NCBI GenBank assembly: GCA_020891255.1
Contig: BQFW01000015.1
Location: 744,001 to 808,000 of the forward strand
Source of the DNA: Entomortierella parvispora E1425
Taxonomy: Eukaryota > Fungi > Mortierellomycota
Length of the DNA: 64,000 nucleotides
Direction of reading: 5' to 3'
The notes beneath the pieces are model-generated. The model saw only the letters and a program-made list of their open reading frames with translations. It did no database searches and was not told the origin of the DNA. The position numbers and the translations under genes are program-made. This document shows positions 23,889-35,134 of the stretch, one piece after another. Positions within the stretch are counted from its first letter, which is position 1. Every line of letters starts with the position of its first letter.

Positions 23889-25502
23889 ATGGCTCTCACT
23901 GCTCGACGTGTTGTTGTCACCGGCCTCGGCCTGGTCACTCCCCTTGGCATCGGTGTCCAGCAGACATGGTCCAAACTCATTGCCGGAGACTGTGGCGTGG
24001 TCTCGCTCAAAGACCTGCCCTCCCCCAACGGACTTCCAGGGTTCGAAACTTTACCTTCTCAGGTCGGAGCTATCGTCAAGCGCGAAGGTGGACAGGCTCT
24101 TGGAGGATTTGATTCGACAGAATGGCTTGATCGAGGGGTACGAATGAAAGCCATTTCCTGTCTTTACCTTGCGCCTGTACCTACTTATTCGGAATCAATG
24201 CCCTGACATATTATGATTTTTTTTACCCTTCTTAGGACGAGAAGAGAATGGCGCTTTTTACACAATATGCAATCGCTGCTGCAAAGATGGCGATCAAGGA
24301 TGCACAATGGGAGACCACAACAGAGGATCAAAAAGAACGCACCGGTGTTTGTTTAGGATCCGGCATTGGATCATTGGATGATATGGCATCCACCACCCTT
24401 GCCTTTGCTGAGAGTGTAAGTCAGGGACCTTGTAGCTATTTTTGTCATTCAGTGTTGTGAGAGAGAGTAAGGGCCCCAGTGACTGACTTTTCCTTTCTAC
24501 TCCTTCTCCTTCCCCGTAGGGCTATCGCAAGATGAGTCCTATGTTTGTACCAAAGATCTTGATCAACATGGCGGCTGGACATTTGACCATGAAGTTTGGA
24601 TACAAGGGACCAAACCATGCGGTATCGACTGCTTGCACAACCGGAGCTCATTCGATTGGAGACGCCATGCGCTTTATTCAATATGGAGACGCTGATGTCA
24701 TGGTCGCTGGAGGCTCAGAGGCTTGCATTCACCCTCTTGCAGTTGCAGGATTTGCCAAGTAAGCTAAATACAAAAAATCTTGTTGACCTTGAGTCTTGCT
24801 TTCCTGAGTCTTCATGAGCACCATCCTAACAAGTCTAACTTGACGTGTTTGTTTTTTATTAGAGCAAAATCTTTGGCCACAAAGTACAACGAAAGCCCAT
24901 CGGAGGCATCGCGACCTTTTGACAAGGACAGGGATGGTTTTGTGATTGGCGAAGGCGCAGGTGTAGTTGTCTTGGAAGAATACGAACATGCCAAGAAGCG
25001 TGGCGCACACATCTATGCAGAGCTTCGTGGCTATGGGCTCTCAGGGGATGCCCATCATATGACGGCTCCTCCCGAGAACGGAACAGGTGCGGCCATGGCC
25101 ATGCGCAGAGCTTTGAAGGCTTCCCGTTTAACTCCAGCGGATGTTGGCTATGTGAACGCACATGCGACCTCAACACAGCTAGGAGACATTGCGGAGAACA
25201 GAGCCATCAAGTCTGTTTTTGATGGATACCATGATTCAATTGCTGTTTCCTCGACCAAAGGTGCCATCGGTCATTTGCTGGGCGCAGCAGGAGCAGTCGA
25301 GGCTATTTTTGCTATCCTGGCCGTGAAGAACGACCTTTTGCCACCCACCTTGAATTTGCATCAACACGATGATTCAGGTGAATTCACGCTCAACTATGTA
25401 CCTCTCAAAGCTCAGGAGAAGGTCCTGAACGCGGCTATTACGAACTCCTTTGGCTTTGGAGGCACGAACGCCTCCTTGTGCTTTGCAAAGGTGAAGAAGT
25501 AA
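23889..25502 (+). CDS. CEM1: 3-oxoacyl-ACP synthase (KAS II-like, mitochondrial FAS), 4 exons
   Basis: [29 protein letters not shown] (active Cys), [32 protein letters not shown]. Confidence 0.93.
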
Positions 25503-25733
25503 AGCGTGTATTTAGTAAATAAATCCGAAATAGACATGAAATGGGTGGATGGGTTGATTAAGGCAAATTGAATGGTTTTATTCTAGGCAAGGTAAATAAT
25601 AATGTGCGACCTTGATATCTCTCTCTCTCTCTTTCTGACTCGTGCATATATGTGATTTTTTTTCTTTTTTTTTTTTGGTGTGGCATATTTTTGTTGATGA
25701 TTTGGGTTGTTGTTGACATGGGCAAGCATGTGT

Positions 25734-27458
25734 TTAACGATCGACCTCACCGAACACAATATCCATGGTTCCGATCATGGTGACAACATCGGGAATGAAG
25801 TGACCCTTGGCCATGAAATCTAATCCAGCCAAATGGGCGAAACCGGGGGCACGGATCTTGCAGCGGTAAGGACGGTTGCTGCCATCAGAGACCAAGTGAA
25901 CACCTATTCAACAGGAAGAAGATGGTTAGAACAATTGCAGGCGAAATAAAAATTTCTTAAAAAAAAGAAATTGTGGTTCAAAAATTAGCAATACGCACCA
26001 AACTCTCCCTTGGGAGCCTCGACAACGGTATAAGTCTCGCCAGGGGGAACGGAGTAACCCTCCGAGTAGAGCTTGAAGTGATGGATCAAGGCCTCCATGT
26101 TCTCCTTCATGTGGGCACGACGGGGTGGCGAAATCTTGAGATCATCGACACGAACGGGACCAGCAGGCATGTCGTTAATGCACTGGTGAATAATTCTCAA
26201 AGACTGACGCATCTCCTCCATACGGCAAAGGTAACGGTCGTAGCAATCACCCTTAGTTCCGACGGGGACATCAAAGTCGACGAGGTCATAGGCATCGTAA
26301 GGCTGGACCTTGCGAAGATCCCAGTTCACTCCGGATCCACGCAACATGACACCAGAGAAACCCCAGTCGAGGGCCTCCTTGGCAGTAACACGACCAACAT
26401 CGACGGTACGACCCTTCCAAATACGGTTTCCAGTGATCAACTCCTCAGCCTCGTCCATACGCTGTCCAAACTGATCGGCCCAGACGTGGATATCCTCCAA
26501 GAGTCCCTTGGGAATATCGAGAGAGACACCACCGGGACGGACATAGGCGGCGTGCATACGTGCACCAGAGACACGCTCGTAGAACTCAATCAACTTCTCA
26601 CGCTCCTCGAACATCCACAAGAAAGGGGTCAAGGCTCCGACATCCATGATATGGGACATGACAGACATGCAGTGGTTCATGACACGCGTGATCTCAGCAA
26701 ACATGGTACGGATGTACTTTGCGCGCAGAGGGACCTCAATGTTGAGCAACTTTTCGACAGCAAGGGAGTAGGCCTGCTCGTTCACCATCATGGAGCAGTA
26801 ATCCAGGCGATCGAACTGTTTACGTTTTGAAGGTCGAAAGTGTTGAGAAACATCCCGGAAGAAAGAACAAACGTTCGGATCGGTCGTTCGGATCAGTCGA
26901 TCAGATATGAAAAAGGAGAGAATGAGGTTAGTGGATCAAATCAATCATCCTGAATACGGCAATGGAGGGATACTGGTGCACAAGGCTCCTTCAAACGAAT
27001 ATGTCACTTACGTAGGGAAGGGCCTGAAGGTAGGTCTTGTACTCAATCAGCTTTTCGGTTCCACGATGCAAAAGACCGACGTGGGGATCGCAACGCAAGA
27101 TCTCCTCACCCTCCAATTCCAAGATCAAACGCAACACTCCATGAGCGGCGGGATGCTGGGGTCCAAAGTTGACGGTGAAATGGCGCGCATTGACATCGAC
27201 ACCATCATCGACCTCAACGTCCTCCGTGATGGTCGATCCGAGAGGGGTGGTAGCTCCCAACATATCCCTGTTGACGTGGTGGTGGTGGGAAGCAGAGGCG
27301 CTGCTGGAGGGGACCGAGTCGGTCGAGACAAACTTCCTGAAGGAGGCACGGGTGGTCGACTTCCAGGAGGCATTGAGGGCCGAAGGCGCTGTGGGGCGGA
27401 CGGCGGCATTCAAGAGCGAAGTCGAGCGACGCGAGAGAAGGCGCGCAACGGAGGCCAT
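25734..27458 (-). CDS. NDUFS2: NADH:ubiquinone oxidoreductase 49 kDa subunit, 3 exons
   Basis: [40 protein letters not shown] and terminal DIVFGEVDR*. Confidence 0.96.
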
Positions 27459-27860
27459 TATGTCGTAGCGGGAGGGTAATGAAAGGTCCGGAGGAGAGGA
27501 GAGGGGATGGGGGAGAGTTAATCTATCCGCTGGGGGAGAGCAGGGAGAGGATTAAAAGAGTGGGGAGAGAGCGGAGGTCGAGAGAGGAGAGAGAGAGAGA
27601 GAGAGAGAGATGAGTGCAGGCACACAAAGGAGATGATTGTCCGATGAGATTCAGTCGAAGGGTCAAAATCGGATTTCGGTCTTTTCATTCGATCAGCGCT
27701 CGGCAATCTGTCCGAACTTGCGGCTTCCGTGCATTTAGCGCTAGAATTACGTCACCGAATGGTTCCGCAATCGCACGCCAAGCCACAGAAGCCCCAACGC
27801 AGGCCTTGTATTTGCTAATACACATAAATAGCCTGACTAAAATAACTAAAATAAAAACTA

Positions 27861-30800
27861 TTACTCTTCTACTCTCTTCTTTGTCAACTCTTCCATCCCG
27901 CTGTCGTCAACAGGGGCCTTTCGTTTGACGCCTTGTTTGACATCACTGGGGATTTGAATTTTCGAAGTGGGCCCTCGTCTTCGATAGTTTGGGTCTTCCC
28001 AAGGGTAGTTGTTGTTTGCATCCCGGGGTTGGAGGTAGCGGGGTCGCCTTTGGTTGAGAAGATGCTCTTGAATAACGTTGCACATGTTATGACCCGCCAT
28101 CACATCCCTATGCATGAATGCTTTGCATTTCGAGCAATACAGTCGCCTGAGGTCAACTTGCCCCACAAACTCTGTACAGACTGGACAGCGCTGGGAGGTA
28201 TAATACTCGTTGACACCAACGACAATGTATCCCAGTGATCGTGCCTAAACAATGAACGAGCAATTGATCGTTAGAAATAAACGCAAAAGTGTTGAAGAGA
28301 GTAATAGAGTAGTGACAATTACCTGCTGCACAAAATAAGTTTCAAAGGAGCTGTGGAGTGTTGTCAGTCTCATGGACGACGAAAACTGTCCAAGACCAAT
28401 ACCGATGATGACCTTGTTGCCATCTTCCTGCTTTGCACCTAGTGATCCCCCCACAAGCTCCAACAAGCGATTGGCGACCATCCTGTACTCTTCCTGTCTG
28501 GCCTTCTGAGCATTCCACTTGTGTTTTTTCAAAACAACACTGTCATAGAACTCTCGAAGAACCGGTCCTGCAGCTTTCACCGCTTCGGTGTATTTCGCAA
28601 TGGATGCATTTGGACCATGGAGGGGCGGTAGGTTCGTCTCGATCGCAGCAATCGACTTCCTGTCCTGAGATGTCTGGTTTTTTCTGTGCTCCAACCACCT
28701 CCTGTGTTTTAAAGTAGGTTGGTACACCGCCTTCTGTTTCACGGACAAGTTGAAAAACTTTGTTGACACACTCGTCTGAGTCTTCTTGTCAAGTGTTCCT
28801 GCAGGCTGGTCCTTCCCGTCGTGTGGTACCACCGTGCAATGATCCTTTTTGTCGTCAAGTGCCTCTGCAAGTTCTTTTTTTGCCAAACACGTTGGCTGGT
28901 CGTGATGAAGGTAACAGTGCACTAGCACCAACTACAAACGCCTGTCCCAAGTCGATCCCGAGCACTTTGATTTGACTTGGGTGGCACCCCCAAAGTCTCT
29001 GCACGTCCTCTTCGGATTTAATCACATTCCTGACTTCGGTCAAGTAATGATCTGTTCCACCCAAGGTAGAGGTGAGACGAGCTGGTAGTCGGTCTTCTTG
29101 TAAACGCCTGTACTTGACGCAATGAAGCTCGTTGAGTTTGAAGGCAAGGAGTTGGAGAAGGAAGCCATCCGTCCTGATCGATCCTCGCAACAGATAACCT
29201 TTTGCCGTGTACGAACCGGGATTCTTGACTGGATTGAAGTCTTCGTGCTGAAATGAAAGAAGATGTTCTCTCATTCCATCAACTGACATCCGTAATGTTG
29301 ACCTCGAAAAGTTCCTCAGTTTCTTCCTCTTGATAGCGGAGTATCCCCCTATATCTGTCAGCCACTTGTTGATAAGCACGCCTGGCGATATACCTCCGAG
29401 CCAATTCACTACATCAAGTTGCGATATTGCTGGGAGATACGTGCTGGGATAATCGACCTTCGCGTACTGTTGCAATTGTTGGCGGAATGGAAGGTCGTTC
29501 CAAAGTAGGGCCACCAAGTCAGGCTCGGAGAGTGTAATAAAGCCGCTGTCAAAAGTTGACATTGGAGTAAGACACCGACGGCTTCCTGTGATCTTATTCA
29601 TGATCATAAAGTTCTCTGCTGCAGTCAGCTTGCAGTCAATGCGATCTACGGTGTCAGCGGGCAACAAACCTCGCTCCTTCTTAAAACGGATCTTTGAGAC
29701 GAGGGATAGCAGAAAAGAGGGGGGAAAAAATGTGAGTAAATTGCGATACTCTCCCTGGTTTACATTGTCATCAGATGGGGCAGCGAATACCTGCTTGCAC
29801 AGCTCGATTGTCCCTTGCTTGAAGTGTCTTGAGTACTGCGCGCAGAGCTGCACAGCTGATGTTCGAACGAAGGATGATGCCGGATATAATATCCTCATGG
29901 CTAAGTCAATACAGGCAGCGTTAGTTTTTTTTTTTTTTGCACCGTCTATTCAGTCGGTGTCCAAGGTGCATTTGTCAACTCTTACAGTTATCTGGAAGGG
30001 TTAGATTATCTCCGGCCTTGTCCATGAATAGGCACACGGCCTTTCCATATTTACTTGTAGTAGCGGGGCGAGTCCCAGAGTGCATCGCTGTAAGAAGTGA
30101 GAGAAAAAACCTCACGGGACCGTTCCTCCTCTCAAGCTTGCTGTCATGTTCCATCGCCTTCACGATTTCGCCATTGGCATCCTGAAGTTCGCCTGTCACT
30201 GTTTCCGATGTGGTGAAAGGAAGGCAGAGACACGACATAATAAGTTTTTCCGACTCATCTGCGACCGACAGACTCTCAAGGAATATTCCAATTGCTCTTT
30301 CGCAAGTTATCTTCAAGTCATACGAGAGCTTGACAACCTTTTGAAGATGCCATTTCATCCGAGGTCGAAGGTCAATTGATTTGCCGTCATTGTCACAGAG
30401 TTTCTTCTTGGACCATGCCCTTTTCATATTCGCATTGATTGTTCCGACACTGAGAGTTCTGGTGGGGTGCTCCCTTTCAAGCCTATTCACAAGTTCAAAT
30501 TTCTCCATTTCGGAAATTGGTTTTGGTGGCGGCTTTGGCGTGTCTGGGACTCCAGAGGCGCCAGAGGCTTTTGATGCCAAAGGAGGATCTGGCGTTTTTG
30601 GCTTTTGGGAAGGAGGTTTAACCTCAAGTTCCCATGGCGATGCGGGCGGGGCTGTCCACGGTATCCACTTGTGTTGCTTCATTAAACGGGGAGGGTCGTG
30701 CTCCGTCATTCGGGATCGAGTCTTGATGGCATAGCGTTGTCGGTATTTATATTTCCTTCCCGACGCGTGAGGAGGCGGTGGTTCTAGCGGTGCACGGTCC

Positions 30801-32067
30801 ACAGTACTGTATCGATTAAATGCAGGTGGGCCCTCTCTCACAAGGTTAGATGATGTCAACCTATCAGATGTTGAAGTTGAATGTATGTCAATAGAGAGTT
30901 GGCTAGTACCGTTACCAATTAACCATGTAGAGAATATACCTGCTTTCCACCTCGACTTCACTCAAACGCAAATGCAGATTCTTGCGCCTTTGTAACACAG
31001 ATTCATGTGTTAAAGACGCGTCCGCCTGGTGAACCCCACCGTTTTCGCAAGGTAACTGTAAAAGTACTGCAGGCGTTGGAAGGGTGAACTCTTGAAGTGA
31101 AAACACCTTCAAGGCAGAGTCAAAATGTGCAGCGCTTGATTGTTTGCAAACAACGTCTTCGTGGTCCATATAAGCGTTCACCATAGTCCTAACGTCTATT
31201 GCAAGTGCTGCTATGTAGAGAAGCGATGTTAGATCCAAAGTGGTGCAAGCAATAGGGAAACAACGGTCCTTTTGAACTTACGGCTTTTTTTCCAATGATT
31301 TGATGATATCAAGATTCGTGTACAGGCCCAATCGAGGTAGATTCGAAGTGTAGTCGTTACGAGAGACCACGCCAAGAGTTGTAAGACCGGTTCTGGAAAG
31401 TCCCAGATGTAGCAAAAGCTCCGCGACAGTGTACACAAGGTAGCCAGTTCTACCAAAAGGCCTCCAGATCGCGCAGATTGTTGGGTGTATTAATGTGTCG
31501 CTGTCGCCCGAGAGCACTACGTCGTTACTAGTGCAATCCTGGGCGATCGCAATATCTGCCTCTGATATGCACTCCACAACCGTCCAGCCTTGGCTCTGAA
31601 GGTACTGAGCGAGGGATCTTCGAAACTCTTGCTTGAAGTAAAAAGTAGCACCGATCAGCCTGTCGAGCTTTCTGTGCTGCTGCTTCTTGAGTTTCTTGCC
31701 AAACTTTACGATTGCCTCCATGTCGTCAAGGCAGGCTCCAGCTTTCGCCAGGGCTTTAATACGCTTCGCCTCCCGATGTTGCTGTGTTGTGCTCTTTTTC
31801 TTCTGGGGATGGACCATCCAAGTACAATGTTGTGACTGATTTGGGAAGTTTACAAGCACGAAGGTGGTTCTCGAAGAGGATGTTGGCTTCCAGCAAGTTG
31901 TTTTTGACATAGACTCGGCGGATGGTGGGAAAAAATGAGCCAAGAACATCTACTCGAAGACGAAAGTCTGGAGAGTCTGGTGGTATAGAGTGGTAAGGGA
32001 GTGTGTCATGAAAAGCAGCCGTGAAGCCTCGCTTCTTGACAAGTGGCCACAGATGAGGGATGCCCAT
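27861..32067 (-). CDS. XPG/FEN1-type PIN nuclease fused to Fanzor/TnpB-like RuvC nuclease (~1,250-1,300 aa, spliced); two single-base frameshifts in A-runs
   Basis: PIN: MGIPHLW, RVD, YLDG, SEAD, SGDSD, SRNDY, RLG. Fanzor part: GSIRTDG, VLGIDLG, spliced ARSLGYIVVGVNEYYTSQRCPVC...CSKC...HRDVMAGHNM, so D-E-D and four Cys are intact. Frames shift at the A-runs 31795-31799 and 28875-28881. Confidence 0.85.
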
Positions 32068-32194
32068 CCGGGCAACTTATTGGATAGGTGGATAGTGGAT
32101 GTAAGGTGTAAGGATGTAAGGGAGTAAGGACGTAAAGGTGTAAGGAAGAGAGTGGTCAAGAAAGAGGGAGAAGAGAAGCAAGGAAGACAGAGTG

Positions 32195-35134
32195 ATGAGG
32201 AAAACGGCCGAAAGAAGGAAAGGTGCCTCTTTTGAACCAAACAAGCGGTCCAAGAGTATGTTGTGTGGTTTTTGCCACCGTTCTGCATGAATGCCCTCCT
32301 CCCACCTTTGTGTGACCGGACTGACCCCTGATTTTTATTTTTTTTTGGGAAGAAAACACAGGCACAAGGGCGGACAGGGGACGCGTTTGTTTCAGCAATC
32401 CTTCTGCTCTTTCCCACCCCCCAGCAGTGGATGGCTGCTTGGTCCTTGGCATGGAGACCCTTAAAGTGAAAGATATTTTCCTTCATCCTAAGGACTTCAA
32501 CCCTCGACTCCCCGTGCAACCGTATTCTCATCCACGAGACCAAGATTGCTGGAATGCCAAACTTTCACCTTCAGAATTTAAAGCATTCTGGCATGCAGAA
32601 AGAACCGCCATCCAATTCGACCATCGCTCTGAAGGTGGATCTAACCGTGGAATCAACAACTGGGATCCAGATAGGCCACTCCCTGTCTATTTGAAGAAAC
32701 ATACTGGTTCGAAAGGCACTCCCAAAAAAAATGACTGGAGCTTTTTATTCCGCTGTAGACGTTGGACCGATCCCAAGGTATTGGGCAGTGGTCGCGTCGG
32801 CGTTGGAACTGGATGTGGAGTGTTCGTCAGGATGACCAAGCCTGTTGGGAAGGAGGAAGTGGAGGTGACCTACCATTGGCGACACAATCATGACGATTCT
32901 CCAACGACCAGAGCCAAGATCCCGATGGGCAGGAATGAACTTGACTGGATCAAGTTCAAGGTTGCCGAAGGTTGTGATTGGCATTCCATTAGATCAAGTT
33001 TGCGATTATCAAATGAAGCACTTTTGAAGGTTAAGGCAGTTTACATTGAATAATTGAATGGTTGTTGCGCTGTCAGCCCTAATGAACATCATGCCTTTTG
33101 AATCATAGCTTGAGCAAACGGACCGTCAACAGACTCCTCTCGACTTTGTTCCTCCTGCGTTGACGATGCTATATGATGATGTGCGAGCGGCTGTGTATCG
33201 TCAAAAAACACTTGAGTCTCGGAAATCGGCATATCCCACACTCAGTGTGAAGCTCTGGCTCGAACAAATCGGGCTCCAGGGAGGCAAAGGCAAATTCATG
33301 GACGCGATAGAAGGAGACGCGACAAAGTTCATGTGTGCTTGGTCAACAAAATTTCAGCTGAAGGTAAGTTCCAACTGACTGGAGCTCATATCTAATATAC
33401 ACTGCTTACTACTTACAGTACAAAGGACAATTTACTTGAACGATCTTAGGTCATGGAGGCTAACACCGGGATCATGTGCATGGACTCCACTCATAAAACT
33501 GTGAAGTCGTTGTTGCCGAGTCGTGACAACGATATGGTATATACTTCTGGTTTTCTGTTTACAATTCTTGTTCGAGACCGAAAGACGCACAGCAGTGTAC
33601 CAATTGCATTCATGATTTGCAATTCCGAATCGATGTAGGTCCAATTCTGGGGTTTGCTGTTCTACCTTCGTTACATGGCCATAGTTCTGATATTAGCTCT
33701 AACTGCAACTACAGCGAAACTCTTACCAGTTGGTTGCTCTGGCTCAAAGAAGACTGCGGAATGAATCCATCAAAGTTCATGGTGGACTGCTCTGTTGTCG
33801 AGTCAGAAGCAATTGCGCGAGTGTTTCGGCGTATGGATATCTACTACTGCTCGTTCCATGTTGGGCAGGCATGGGAACGGAAATTGCGGGAGCTCCACAA
33901 CGTAAGAGCGATGGCTTGACAAGTAAGCATGTCCCCATGCACGCAAATTAATATCTGTTAACACAACTCTATAGGTGGAGGACAGTAACCGTATGAGAGG
34001 CGCCATGAAAGCCATCCGAAAGGCAGGCACTGACGAAAAAAGAGTGGAAGCAATGAACAATTTTGAAGCGCGGTTTTTACCGGGGGCGCAAGCTCTTGTT
34101 AATTACCTTAAGAAGTGGATGCTGCCCCACAAGTTGGAAATGTGGGCCATCTATATGAGACAGGTGCAGCCACCTCTGCAAAGTTTTCAATAGTTAACAA
34201 CTTGTGAGCTCCTAGAGATATTAACCCTCCGGAGCTCCTCATTTCTCTTTTAGGGTCACCAAGAGATCAATACCAATAATCTGGTCGAAAGTTGGCACAA
34301 AACCCTGAAGTCTCAGGAAGGAGCGCAATCTACGTGCAGACGACTTGATATACATTCTGCAAGGCGTCGTAGACGTAGACTTCAGGACAACGTACTTCAG
34401 GATCGAAAACGACATGCAGCAAATCAAACTCCTTGAGCACGATCAGACAAGGAAGAGCAAAGCAATGGTCTTACACTTCAATGAAGCTCAAGCCATGGTT
34501 ACAGCAATTATTCAGGAGCAAAAGGTATCTACTTCTTCTACTCCTTTCCAAACTTGCTCTGAAAAATATTCTAAACGTTTCCACTTGTCATTGTGTGTGG
34601 CTGGAGTAGTTCTTAGTCCAGTCGTTTTCTACTCCCAACACAAAGTACTCCGTTGATACAAACAAGAACTATTCTCACCTCGTTTCGTGTTCTTGTCCTG
34701 ACTTTGTCAAAGAGAACATCCCATGCAAGCACATGTATCTGTCACAGAGAATTTACCCAGGCTTGAAGGTCTCTTTTATTGGCGACACCTCTCCTGAAGA
34801 ACAAGACATCAAGCCAAATCCTGAACCTGAATCGCCCGTATGTTCGTTGGAGGCGACATTGCCTCCACTAATTCGCCTCATGCTTCAAAGACAGAGAGCT
34901 GAAAAGGCACATGCCGCTCGAGTTGCCAAACAACAGGAGAATGACCAAGCATTCATGGACTGCGAGACTGCAATGGAAGCATCCTGGAAAGCTATAGGAG
35001 AAGCATTAAGAACGACTAAAAAAAGAAGATGTACTCTCCAGTACATGCAGAGCACTGCAGCAGCCCTCAGAAACGTAGAACTTGAAGTTCTTGGGCTGAA
35101 CACTTCCCAAGCAGGAAGGCAATGCCAAAAATGA
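32195..35134 (+). CDS. Mutator-like (MULE) DDE transposase with C-terminal SWIM finger, multi-exon, one frameshift near 34315
   Basis: N-terminal RCRR...GC...HNH Zn-binding-like domain, CMDSTH (D1), MVDCS (D2), YCSFH (CxxH), NTNNLVESWH (E), SWIM CSCPDF...PCKH. Start at 32195 is inferred from a spliced first exon (in-frame ATG also at 32451). Confidence 0.88.

Noticed and set aside
25973-27479. Long antisense ORFs over NDUFS2 (also 48100..49338 over ADE3, 47363..48001, 37866..38333)
   Set aside because: Shadow ORFs caused by codon bias of the conserved gene on the opposite strand.
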